From NCBI GenBank assembly GCA_951406725.2, contig OX597819.1, forward strand, positions 23,932,001 through 23,996,000: a stretch of DNA of 64,000 nucleotides, in the 5' to 3' direction. The notes under the pieces are model-generated. The model made no database searches. It was not told the DNA's origin and worked only from the letters and a program-made list of their open reading frames with translations. How positions within the stretch are numbered: the first letter of the stretch is position 1; each line of letters opens with the position of its first letter. Source of the DNA: Octopus vulgaris. Lineage: Eukaryota. A program made the position numbers and the translations under genes. Positions 52,161-64,000 of the stretch are shown here, in pieces.

Positions 52161-54410
52161 GGAAACAGCCTATTCAGGAAGAGGGAGAGGAAGAGATGGA
52201 CTTGGATATCGCCGAACTCTAAGCACCGAAGCGAGATCGACTACATCCTGGTTGATAAGCGACGCATATTGCATGACGTCTCCGTCGTGACGCCATTCGA
52301 CACCGGCAGCGATCATCGTCTGGTAAGGGCGAGGGTCGTCATCGACGAGAAGAGGGAGAAGATGGCGTTATATTTGGCGTCGAAGGGAAAACGTGTCCGA
52401 GTCTACAACGAGGCAAAGCTGCAGGAAGCCATTATGCAGGAAGACTGGTGCCAAGGAGACGACATAGACGATGACTACAACTCACTGATAGGGAAACTGA
52501 AGAAGTGTTTAAGGAAGGCTAAGGGAGTATGCCCAAGAGAAAAGAAGGGAAGAATATAGGAAGAAACTACGAAGTAACTTGAGAAGAGGAAAAATATGAA
52601 GACTATTGAAGATCACCTTGAATATTCCATTACAGCAGAGTGATTCGTCAGCAACTAAAGAAATATTTTGAGGCATACCGGATGGAGAAGCTCTTGAAGG
52701 CCGCAGAGGAAAAGAAGAGCCTCAAGAAATGCAAGAGGGACATGGTACTATATAGATCGGAGTTGACGGCCCTGAAAAATACAGATGGAATACCGGTCAA
52801 CGAGAAGAGCGAGATGGAAAAAGTTTGTGAAGACTTCTACACCAAGCTCTTTAAGTCTACCAGAAATGTCCAGCCGTTACCACCACTCCAACAGGAAGAA
52901 AACGTGCCACTTATCCTTGTCAGTGAGGTTGAAAGAGCCATCGGCTCGATGAAAAACGGAAAGGCTCCAGGGAAAGACGGTATAACATCGGAGGTGCTAC
53001 AGTCAGGCAGAGAGCAGCTCTGGAAAATCCTCGCTGAGCGATTTACGCACTATCTAGACGAGGGAAGAATTCCCTCGCAGTGGAAAGAGTCAAATACCAT
53101 TCTGCTGTATAAGAAGGGCGACAGAGAAGATCTAAAGAACTACCGACCCATATGCCTGCTGTCTCACGTGTACAAGCTGTTCACGAAGATAATTCCGAAC
53201 AGGTTGTCACGTCGTCTCGACGAACAACAACCGAGGGAGCAAGCAGGCTTCCGGAAGAACTACAGCACAATGGACCATATATTTGCTCTAACGCAACTGC
53301 TTGAGCGAGCAAATGAGTACAAGCTGCCTCTTTGCGTTGCGTTTATAGATTATGAGAAGGCCTTCGATAGCGTCAAAACCAACGCAGTGCTGAACTCGCT
53401 GCAGAGGCAAGGAATCGAAGCGCAATGTGCAGCTGCTCAGAGAGGCAAATTCCGGATGCACCACCGATATAGCTCTACTGTCATCACCCATACGAGTGCC
53501 GGTCGAGAAGGGAGTGAAACAAGGAGATACAATCTCCCCAAAACTTTTCACTGCATGTCTCGAACAGATCATCAGAGGCATCGAATGGCAAGGTGGTGTC
53601 AACATCAATGGCGAGCTCCTCACTCACCTCCGTTTCGCTGACGACATCGTACTCATCGCTGAAAACATGGATCAGCTTCAGACCATGCTGACGGAGCTCG
53701 ACATCAAAAGTTCTGCAGTAGGTTTCAAGATGAACCGCATGAAAACAAAGTTCATGCGGTCAGACAACCTACCAACAGGTCGAATGGTGATCGGCAGTGC
53801 TGAAATAGAGGAGGTGAAAGAATATGTGTACCTGGGACAGGAAGTAAATATGTGCCGGGATATCAAAAAGGAGATCTCACGGAGAGTAAGGGCCGGATGG
53901 AAGGCGTTCAATGGCATAAGGGATGTGCTCAAGGGAAGGTTGGACAGGACCACCCGCGCCAACCTCATTAACAGTGCAGTTCTGCCTGCAATGTTGTATG
54001 GTAGTGAAACATGGGCTACCACAAAGAGAGAAGAGCAAAGACTGATAACGGCTCAAAGAGCCATGGAAAGGTCAATGCTTGGTATCTCGTTGAGAGAGCA
54101 CATAAATAGCAAGATCATCAGAAAGAAGTCTGGCGTGAGAGATGTCATCGCAGAGTATACTCGCAGCAAGTATAGATGGGCTGGACACGTCGCCCGGCTC
54201 ACCGATAATCGGTGGACGCGCGCATTTGTCGAGTGGTACCCGCGTGAGCGGAAAAGACCACCCGGAAGACCTCCACGACGGTGGAGTGACGATTTCAAGA
54301 GGACGATTGGGATCACGTGGATGAGAAAGGCGCGATCCAGAGAGGAGTGGACAGCGTGCTGTGACCAGCGGTGTCAAATGGACGCCTGACGAACTGGTCG
54401 GTCAAAGTGA
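52157..54410 (+). mobile_element. 5'-truncated RTE-clade LINE (end of APE endonuclease plus RT), pseudogenised
   Basis: EIDYIL, GSDHRLV, KAPGKDGI, NYRPICLL, EQAGFR, DYEKAFDSV, GVKQGDTISPKLF, LRFADDI, YLGQ, RWAGHV and GRPPRRW. Stops near 52557 and a frameshift near 53427. Inserted in (TA)n. Confidence 0.95.
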
Positions 54411-54431
54411 TATATATATATATATATATAT

Positions 54432-55200
54432 GAACAGGGATAAATCTTCTCTCGTCGCCCTTTTGCGCCACATGGGCTCAACTCTCCTTCCCACTTCATC
54501 TAACCCTCCTGCCCTCTCCTCTCTCCCTCTCACATCTACTTCCTCCCACCCACATCTCCTCTCTTGCTCCAACTCCTACTTCTCTTTACTCCTACCCACC
54601 TTTTTTCCCCTTCTCCCTTCATCGTCACCCCTCCCTCGTAACCCCACCACTACACAATCCAACCCCACCCTCAGCCTAACTCACGCTTTCCCCATTCTCG
54701 CCTCCCCCACATACCAACACCACCACATCACACCGCACACCACCGCACCATACACTACCATACCACACAGCAGCACATCACATCACACCACCACGCACAT
54801 ACTAGCACTGACCACTTCCCAGTCCCACACCATCATCCACACACATACACATAAACACATGCATACATCAAGACCACCAGCCCTCTTCCACACGCACATA
54901 CATGCTCTCTTATACAAACGCACGCGCATCCTCGTTTTGGAATCACTACTACTTTATTATCTCCACTTCTTCCTAGGTCTCCTGTGTGACCCCTCTGTCC
55001 GGCATTCGCCATGATAGATCGCGAGCCACTACACATTCTTTATTTTCTCTCCTTGTTTCCTTCTGTGTTCCTTTCTGTGGAAAAGCATAGGCTCGAAACG
55101 TTAAAGACTTTTTCAATTCCCGAGTGTTAAACTAATACATCTGTTTGTTGTCTACACCACCTGCCTTCGTCTTTTGTCTTTTGTTTGTGAATTCTCCCTA
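54432..55200 (+). mobile_element. Penelope-like element 3' end: GIY-YIG C-terminus, C-rich UTR and decayed hammerhead
   Basis: 54432-54503 reads EQG*IFSRRPFAPHGLNSPSHFI*, matching the E...I......P.GLN end of PLE GIY-YIG domains. CTGTGGA-AAAGC(atag)GCTC-GAAA-CGTT...AGTG-TT at 55075-55128. Confidence 0.65.
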
Positions 55201-55207
55201 TCTATCA

Positions 55208-55305
<98 letters not shown>

Positions 55306-55316
55306 ACATACATACA

Positions 55317-55352
<36 letters not shown>

Positions 55353-55594
55353 TCTATATATATATATATATATACACATACATATATACATACGTATATA
55401 TTCATACACTTAAAAGCGCTCTCTCTCTTTCTCTCTCGCTCTCTCTCCCCGTCTCTCTCACACTCACATAATACACTCACATAATATTACATAATTACTA
55501 TGTACACATTTCTAATTAAAAAAAAACAATTCTGATCATAATACCATCAACAATTCTTCTTTCGCACTAATACAACTAATCAAATTAATAATAG

Positions 55595-55801
55595 TAATCC
55601 CTTCTGCTATAGGTACAAGGCCTGAAAATTTCGTTGGCTGAGGACTAGTCAATTACATAGACCCCAGTATTACTTATTTCATCGACCCCGAAAGGATAAA
55701 ATGTAAAGTCGATCACGGCAGGATTTGAACTCAGAACGTATGAACGGAAAAAATGCCGCTAAGCATTTTGCCCGGCGTGCTAACGATTCTGCCAGTTCGC
55801 C
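55595..55801 (-). mobile_element. Meta-type SINE
   Basis: Family match. Confidence 0.85.
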
Positions 55802-55967
55802 TACTTCCTTTTTCTCTCTGTCTTTCTTCCTCCTTTCCTCTACCACATGAACAATCTGGTGCGTTTATTTTAATTGTCAACCAATGTATACCGTATGTTT
55901 CTCTGCCCTAGGTGTGAGGAAGACACTAGGCAAGAAATGGAAAAGCAATTAAAAGAAGATGCTAATG

Positions 55968-56035
<68 letters not shown>

Positions 56036-56037
<2 letters not shown>

Positions 56038-56160
56038 GCAGAACACTTTCCATACAATAACCATCAGAGCATCACAACAAATCACAGCACATACCCAAGG
56101 CACACAGAGCTGCGCTCGGTAGTGAAGTGAAAGCACGCTATGAAAATAAAACTACTGAAT
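56036..56160 (+). mobile_element. 3' end of a Dong/R4-like non-LTR element inside (AAT)n
   Basis: Begins with RRTLSIQ*, resembling the R4/Dong C-terminal HILRR.L motif. Short UTR. (AAT)n on both sides. Confidence 0.55.
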
Positions 56161-56176
56161 AATAATAATAATAATG

Positions 56177-56236
<60 letters not shown>

Positions 56237-56825
56237 GCATAGATAAAATATTTCTCTACATCTCTTTTTGTTCATCTCTACTCATCTCTCCTTTTTCCTG
56301 CCTCTGTTAGTCTGTTTTACTTCTCCAGTCTCTTCCTTTTTCGCTTTTCTGTCTCGAATTGGGCCTAAGGGTTTATTAAATTAATATTTCACAATCCAAA
56401 ACTGACCCAATTTTCTTAAGAAATTACTACAACAAATAGAAAATAGTTCTTGTCCTTTTAAAAGTCATTGAACCCCTCCTTACCCCCACACTCCATTGAA
56501 CTAAAACAACAAAAAAAAAAAAAAGAAAATAACAAATAACAAAAACAACAACAACAGAAAAGCATGAAAGAAACAAAATATAAAAGAAACAAATTAAAAG
56601 GAAAACGGATATAAAAGAAGGAAAAAAAAACGAAATCTGCACTGAGAGGGGCTGCTCTTTAAATATTAACGAGATTGCTTTTAGTGAATGGTAGAATTGA
56701 TGTGGTTTCAAACAACACTCGCACTAGCACGGTGACAAACACATATACACATATACACAACACCAAAATAATATACATACATACATACATACATACATAC
56801 ATACATACATACATACATACATACA

Positions 56826-56861
<36 letters not shown>

Positions 56862-57000
56862 TATACATACATATATATATATTTGAGTAGTTGAATGAAT
56901 TATCTTATTATGGATAATTCGGTTAACCGATACCTGGGTAGCAAATTCACGTCAGAAAAACACGGTTGAAGCTACATGCCAAGGGCACGTAAACACAAAA

Positions 57001-57043
<43 letters not shown>

Positions 57044-57220
57044 TAAGTATGTACGAGTGTAAGTACAGATACGCATACATATAAATAATGTAAACATTAT
57101 GCAAACATGTAATGTATGCATGTGTATCTATGTTCATATTATGTGTGCCTATATGTTCGTGTGTGTAAAAAGTATGCGTTTATACTTACACACACACATA
57201 CATGTATATACAGTATATAT

Positions 57221-57271
<51 letters not shown>

Positions 57272-57341
57272 TGTGTGTATATGTAAATATCATAATATAT
57301 ACGTTCATATATATGTGTATAAACATAAATCTGTATGCATA

Positions 57342-57385
<44 letters not shown>

Positions 57386-57671
57386 TATGTATTTTACAAA
57401 TTTTGACAATGAAATTCAATTTTCATTGGCCAACTCAACGAAACCGTATCACAGCATTTTCTCAAACCTCTTCAACTAAGCTCCATTCTGCGGATGTCGC
57501 AGAAGAATAATGTCGTTCGGCTCTGGCACTTTGTCTACATGACTTTTTTTTAGTTTTATATACGTTTTCTAATTTTATTTATTTACTTATTTAAACTCAT
57601 ATTATTTATTTTATTTTTCTATTTATCTTATGTATTATTGTTTTTTTTATTTATTTATATTTTGTTTTCAG

Positions 57672-57718
57672 CTTTCTTCTCGAAAAACAAATACATAACG
57701 ACGCCAGTTGTGAAATGG
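57672..57718 (+). CDS. Candidate 47-bp internal exon of an unidentified host gene
   Basis: T-rich tract with TTTTCAG acceptor and GG|GTAAGT donor. Two frames are open: xFFSKNKYITTPVVKW or FLLEKQIHNDASCEM. Confidence 0.4.
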
Positions 57719-58383
57719 GTAAGTAGAAATGTAAATAGACGTCGTCTCGTTAGTTTGCTGTGTATAAAGAGATTAACTTTATCTAGTCTCTCGTATCCCC
57801 GATGAGGGTATCGGGTTGACGAGATTCATTTAATGATCTTAGCTTATAGCTACATTGTTTAACATGTACAACATGCAAAATGTACATACAATACAAAATC
57901 CTTTGTTATGTGTTTAGATTTATATATTCGTATATTTGTGTATATTGAAATGTTTACTCAATTTTTCTTTTCCGAATAACGTTGGGTTTGAGGAGGCAAA
58001 GTGTATATCAGCTTAGCGTTAGGGTTCAAGAGTGTTAAACAAGTGAGGGATGTAATATTTTTTTGTATTTATTTATCTAAAGAAACCGGCATGAGTACCA
58101 AGACATTGTAATTACTCTAGCGCCTGACAGCTTTCAGTCGTCACAAGCAGAATTTGATTTCATAGTGCTGAGTCCTTCAACTGCTACGTTAAACAATTAA
58201 CAATCAATCAGTACAGTATTCCACAACAGAGAACTTGTCTTCATATAATAATAATAATTAATTTTTTTCTCTTATCGATGTTGAAACAAAAAATGACACG
58301 AGTGAGCTATCAGGGTTACAGCATCAGACGATGGTTTCCAATATCGATTCTGGTTTCTTCGTGTTCTGACAGCAACACCTACA

Positions 58384-58806
58384 GTGTGGAGGTGCAATTG
58401 TCCAGTGGTTAGGGCAGCAGACTCGCGGTCGTAAGAACGCGGTTTCGATTCCCAGACCGGGCATTGTGAGTGTTTATTGAGCAAAAACACTCAAGCTCCA
58501 CGAGGCTCCGGCGTGGGGTAGTGGTGAACGCTGCTGTACTCTTTTACCACAACTTTCTCTCACTCTTTCTTCCTACTTCTGCCACAAAGCAGAGGAACCA
58601 TGGTGTAACCCACTATGGTGTGGTAAACTTTCAGACCCTAGTCTAGATTGCGAATCCTCTGAACCCCAGAATGGTTCAGCTCTCCACCCGTTAAAAGTCA
58701 CCGTTTACGGAATGAAGATAACAACGTAGCTTTCGCGCCCGTGCAACCGCCAGTCTATCGCGTGTGGTGGGTGGAGCTTTAAGTTGTCACACACATTCTT
58801 AGTAGC
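58384..58806 (+). mobile_element. SINE family B with (TAG)-ending tail
   Basis: Colinear with 21663-22080. Confidence 0.85.
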
Positions 58807-60269
58807 TTAGACTAGGCTCGAATTAGAGATTATTCTTTGTGGCTAATGGCGTGTGTCCTGATTGGAAGAAGAAGACACCTACAGTAACATTTGTACTAAG
58901 CTGCTCTCAGTCGACACAAGCAGAATTTGAATTCGTAGTGCTGACTCTTTCAACCGCTTGCGACATTAAACAACCAGCAATCAATCTGTACAGTATTCCA
59001 CAACAGAGTACTTATCTTCATATAATAATCAATTTATTCCTTATCGATAGTGAAACAGGAAATGGCCCAAGAGAGCAATGAGGGTTTCGAGGAAGAACTA
59101 TAAGTTTTTCGGCCTTAACGGAAAGATTAATCTTGAAACGCACATTTAGTTATGTAATTCGTTGACTTTGAGGGTTTTAATTGCATGTTGCCCAATTGTA
59201 TGTTGTCCAAAGTCTACTTCCTAGATGTGAGCAATAATTATATCTTTGTTCAAAGGGAACACGATCGTCATATTTTCGATTAGTGAATGTGTGGCGACAC
59301 CAGGCGACGACTTGGTAGATTTGTTAGAATATCGGACAGAACTTGTATCTTAGGAGGATCATTACACCAATAATAATAAACACACGCTCCGGTTCAATTT
59401 CACACCTATACAGTTAGTCAACTGGTTATGTTAGTCATATAACCAACTAACTAATCGATCGTTTGTTTAATCTGTCAATCACTTGTCATTAATGTTGTCG
59501 CGAATGGTAATGAAAGGACTTTGACAAACACCTGATTGATTGTTTAGCCCTAGTTACAACAAAATGTGTTTCAACACCAGAGTTGAATGTTCACATCAAG
59601 AATCCTGAAAATCAATACGAAACGAAATCAAATAGAACATTTCTCGTTATCGTTCCGACTTTTAGGGCTCCGTGTTCAAATCTCGCCAAGATCCATTTTT
59701 ACGTACCAATACAGGGCAGTAGATTAGCGAAAGTGTTATAGCGTCAGACGAAGGTTTGAAGTATCAGTTCTAACTTCTTGCTGTTCTGACTGATACAGTA
59801 GTATCTCTACCAGGGTGTATCGGTCTTGCCATTCTCTTGGACATCATCAGTGGCATAGAGTGGGGAGGCTTGCATTCATGGGTAACAGCCAGTTTTCCAC
59901 AAAATACCTTGCTTCGACATGCACTTTGGAAAAAAACTCTCCAGTTGCAGAAAACCCTTGGCCAGCCATGACTGAAGATGACCCAAAATGTGGAAGATTT
60001 CGGAGAAACGAAGAGTGGTGGCGTCTACATAGATGTGGGTGTTATTAGAAGAGATTGCATGTAGGCCGTTATTGCAAGAAGAAAGAGAGTGATAAATTAT
60101 ATCTGAACCTGAAGGGCAAATCAAATTTGTTAGAACATGGGTTAGAGGAATCGTTTGCAGTGATTGATGTAATGGTAGCGTATGAGAGGTTTCATGTATA
60201 AGAATAAGAGACGAATAAACCTATTGTAAGGATGAATTACTAAGAGGTTATAATAGATGTGGTTAAATT

Positions 60270-60582
60270 GGTAAAGACCCCTTTCGGTCACGAATGACTA
60301 TGAGATTGCACCTAGAAAGTTCCCCTCCGAGGTATAAGTCTGCGCAAGGTTGTTTGTGGAAGACCAGAAATCACCCACCGATGTTGTCCAAGGGAACGGA
60401 AAAGGCCGATGCAGCGTGGCACCAGTGATATCACACTTCATTTTCTCACCTGAGTGAACTGGAGTAACGGGAAATAAAGTGTCTTGCTCAAGAACACAAC
60501 ACACAGCCCAGTATGGGAATCGAACACACAACTTCACAATTGTAATCCCGACGCTCTAACCACTAAGCTACACGCCTTCACT
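60270..60582 (-). mobile_element. tRNA-derived SINE, decayed
   Basis: Minus head GAAGGCGTGTAGCTTAGTGGTTAGAGC...GTTCGATTCCC, then TTCTTGAGCAAGACACTT. Confidence 0.75.
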
Positions 60583-61474
60583 ATACAGGATTAAAGACTT
60601 TGCTGATATGAAATGTAACGTCATTACTTCCACCGGAAACACAAAAGAGTGTTAAACAAGGTAATTCCGCAATCATCTCCAGCCGACATACAACCAGTTT
60701 CTTGCATTTCTGGTATGGCTACAAACAAACATCCTGGTTACTCGCCAGCAATCAATACGTTTTACCTACTTCCTTGATACACATTTATGGTGTCTTGATC
60801 TTCAAAACTTTTTATTGTCCTTGATGCAAAAATGATCTTGCAACTTTACTTCTATAAGGATTTCCCTCCGCCTTCTCTCAAATCTCGGAGCGGAAATATC
60901 AGTGTCAGACTGTTCCCGCAGAATATGGGCCTTCGAAATGCTCTCGAAATCTCTTTCTGTTAACTCTGCAGTAGACGAGGGCTCGGTTATATATGCCACA
61001 ATCTTCCTGACAGAAAATATCGGGACTTGAGAGATAGAGACAAGGATAGATGGTTTGATAGATAGATCGATTGACATTGAGAAAGTGACAGAGAGAGTAA
61101 AAAAGAGAGATAAGGAGAAATAGGGAAAAAGAGAGAGTAAGAAAGAGATGGCTAATAGAGAGCTAGAGAGGGAGTAAGAAAGTGAGAGATAAGGGGAGGT
61201 AGGGAGAGAGAAAGACTGTGTGCTTGTAAGCCATTAAAACATATCGTATTCTATTTTAGTCAGTGACCTTTCCTTTGAATAAGCATCGGTGGCGTAGAGA
61301 AAGAGAGGGATTTGAATGCATGGCTAACTGCCAGTCTACCTCCAAAAATGTTGTCTGGCCCCTGCAACAACCTGAAGTGACGGATGCCCTTATATTCTAC
61401 TTTAAAACCTTTGATTTTAGAGATACAAATCGATCCCTATGATATCAATATACAAGTCTGTAATACCAATAATA

Positions 61475-62026
61475 TTGTGTTGTCCGGAATTATAGAAGCT
61501 TAAATTTCGACTTATTTTAGAACATGGCTGAGTCCATAAAATAGGATTTCACTACACCTCCATTTAGAACACAGTTTAAGCTATCTTTTCGTGGAAGAAG
61601 ATTTATGTTCCTATAACCCGTATTAATTCTGTAACTCTTTAAAATGGAAGATAAGAATGTTCATTTTCGGCACTTGATGCATTGGGAACCAGACAAAAAT
61701 TGTTGCAGGTCGGCTGGGATGTGTTACCCCAACCTCCATATTCACCAGATTTTGCTCCTTCGGATTTCCACTTATTCAGGTCTCTACAGAATAGTCTTAA
61801 TGGTAAAAATTTCAATTCCTTGGATGACGTAAAAAGATACCTTGATGAATTCTTTGCCATGAAACCACCTGAATTCTGGGAAGAGGGTATTTTCAAGTTA
61901 AAGGAAAGATGGAGATGCATTGTGCAACAAAATAGTTCATATATGGTCGATTAAAATGTAATGGCAAGTATTTATTGACCTTTTTCTTTCCTTTAAAAAT
62001 CAGTACGAACTTTCCGGACAACCCAA
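61475..62026 (+). mobile_element. Non-autonomous mariner deletion derivative (same family as 35027-35591)
   Basis: TIRs, TA TSD, YSPDFAPSDFHLF and the same internal deletion junction. Confidence 0.92.
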
Positions 62027-62275
62027 TATTTTGCGTGATAGATTCAGAATTTTAAGAAATTCTACGTTTATCCGTTTTTTAATCAATAAACGTGTGTATT
62101 GCTTGAGAAAGCAAAACCTTTTTCCTTTGTTAGATCTTAGAGTTTTGCTTACTCGTTAGTACAGTAATCATTCGTGTCCCTATCGGCCATTGCTTGTTGA
62201 AACCAGGCGATCAAACGATACAAACAAAAATCTTCTTTCGCAATTGTTATTACTAGTATTAATATTACTAATGTT

Positions 62276-62660
62276 GTGGAGGCGCTATGGCGCAGTGGTT
62301 AGGGCAGCGGACTCGCGGTCATAGGATCGCGGTTTCGATTCCCGGACCGGGCGTTGTGAGTGTTTATTGAGCGAAAACACCTAAAAGCTCCACGAGGCTC
62401 CGGCAGGGGGATGGTGGTGATCCCTGCTGTACTCTTTCACCACAACTTTCTCTCACTCTTAACTTCCTGTTTCTGTTGTACCTGTATTTCAAAGGGGCCG
62501 GCCTTGTCACTCTCTGTGTCACGCTGAATATCCCCGAGAACTACGTTAAGGGTGCACGTGTCTGTGGAGTGCTCAGCCACTTACACGTTAATTTCACGAG
62601 CAGGCTGTTCCGTTGATTCGGATCAACCGGAACCCTCGTCGTCGTAACCGACGGAGTGCA
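62276..62660 (+). mobile_element. SINE family B, full length
   Basis: TGGAGGCGCTATGGCGCAGTGGTTAGGGCAG head, tail ...CCGACGGAGTGC. Confidence 0.9.
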
Positions 62661-63143
62661 AAAGGAAGTGCTTCCATCCATTACTAATGTTATTATTGTC
62701 ATCATTCCTCTTTCCACCTTTCTCTCATCCTCCCACATTCCTCTCTGACAAACCTCCCTTTTGTATCAATGTAGTATCTTCTGTTTATCAATTTCATCGT
62801 TGTGTCAACAAACCGATTGGATGTTGTGTCACGTATGGATTTCACACATTTACAGCAGAAACACAAAAGCCAAAAGAGCATGTTTTGTCTAAGATTTTTT
62901 TTTGTCTTTATCTCAATTTGGTTATCATATTAAATCACATCTCAGATGATTGGGATCATTTTTCTACGCCTTGGCATTGTTTTAATATATTTTTTTTTTT
63001 TCGCTTTGAATGATGTATCTCTTTCTTTGTCTTGCAAAACGTATGTGAAGAACATTGATGCGTAGTCGAGATACATGCATATTGTCGCGCAATACACACA
63101 CTGGCACACGCACACACACACGCACACACACACACGCACACAC

Positions 63144-63187
<44 letters not shown>

Positions 63188-64000
63188 ATATATATATGTG
63201 TGTGTGAGTATGTATGTGTGTGGGTGGGTGTGTTTAGGTGTATTTGGGAGTATCACTATTCACCAGTCTATCTATTTATTTATCTATCTATCTATATACA
63301 CATGCACATACAAATGTATATAAATATGTATATGTATGTATATTCATACATAAATGCATGCACACAGACATGCATCTATATATCTATATATGTATGTGTG
63401 TATATATATTAGGCTAGGCGTAATTTAAACTCTACACATCAGCACATGCTGTTTCACTCGTCACCATAACGAGCAACCGCATCATTTCTCGCATCCGGTA
63501 TTTCGTCTTTCCTTTCTCAGACATCGACTAACTTCTTTTCGTTATTATGAACAACATCTTTTGAAAAGAGACATCGGGATTGTATAAGAGGTCGAATCTT
63601 GTCGAGTTTGTTAGCCATTACATATATAGTATAGTGTCAATGCAGAGCACTAAACACCCGATGCTCCTTCGCTTTTCCTATTCAAATATGTAGATAGTAT
63701 CTCATGGTCACTTTTTGTGAGCAGACCGGTTGTATATATGGCAAAATGAACGATACAAATGAATACATATTTCAAAGGGAACATACACCAACAACACTGG
63801 CTCACACTCGCTGCTCGATTTCCAAACTAAAATAACAAAGGGTGAGATTACATATTATCAACTTCCACAAGAAAACTGATTGTATATTCAGATCAACCCC
63901 ACAAACAACTGATAATCCCTTTTGAAAATAGAATGTAATCACCCTTATATATATAAGATACAGCAGTGCAGATGATATATCTTCAAACAAAAAGCTGAAC

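Overview
AT-rich, microsatellite-saturated eukaryotic non-coding DNA (intron or intergenic). The SINE families and repeat landscape suggest a cephalopod such as Octopus, which is my inference. There is no intact host gene, only one candidate 47-bp internal exon (57672-57718), and almost all long ORFs in the track are microsatellite artefacts. Recognisable mobile DNA: two decayed LINE RT fragments (CR1/L2-like ~2834-4325, RTE-like 52157-54410), mariner and maT-like DD37D remnants with deletion derivatives, non-autonomous Helitrons, a solo LTR with a 4-bp TSD, a Dong/R4-type 3' end in (AAT)n, and many tRNA-derived SINEs. The main hidden signal is a dense set of type I hammerhead ribozyme motifs (CUGANGA-stem II-GAAA-palindromic stem III-NUH). 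About 10 are well formed and several more are degenerate. They sit in short, mutually unrelated, mostly non-coding elements, usually next to (TA)n tracts, with inverted or tandem terminal duplications. Two of these elements retain GIY-YIG C-terminal ends, which points to Penelope-like elements or retrozymes. All folds were paired by eye and none was computed.
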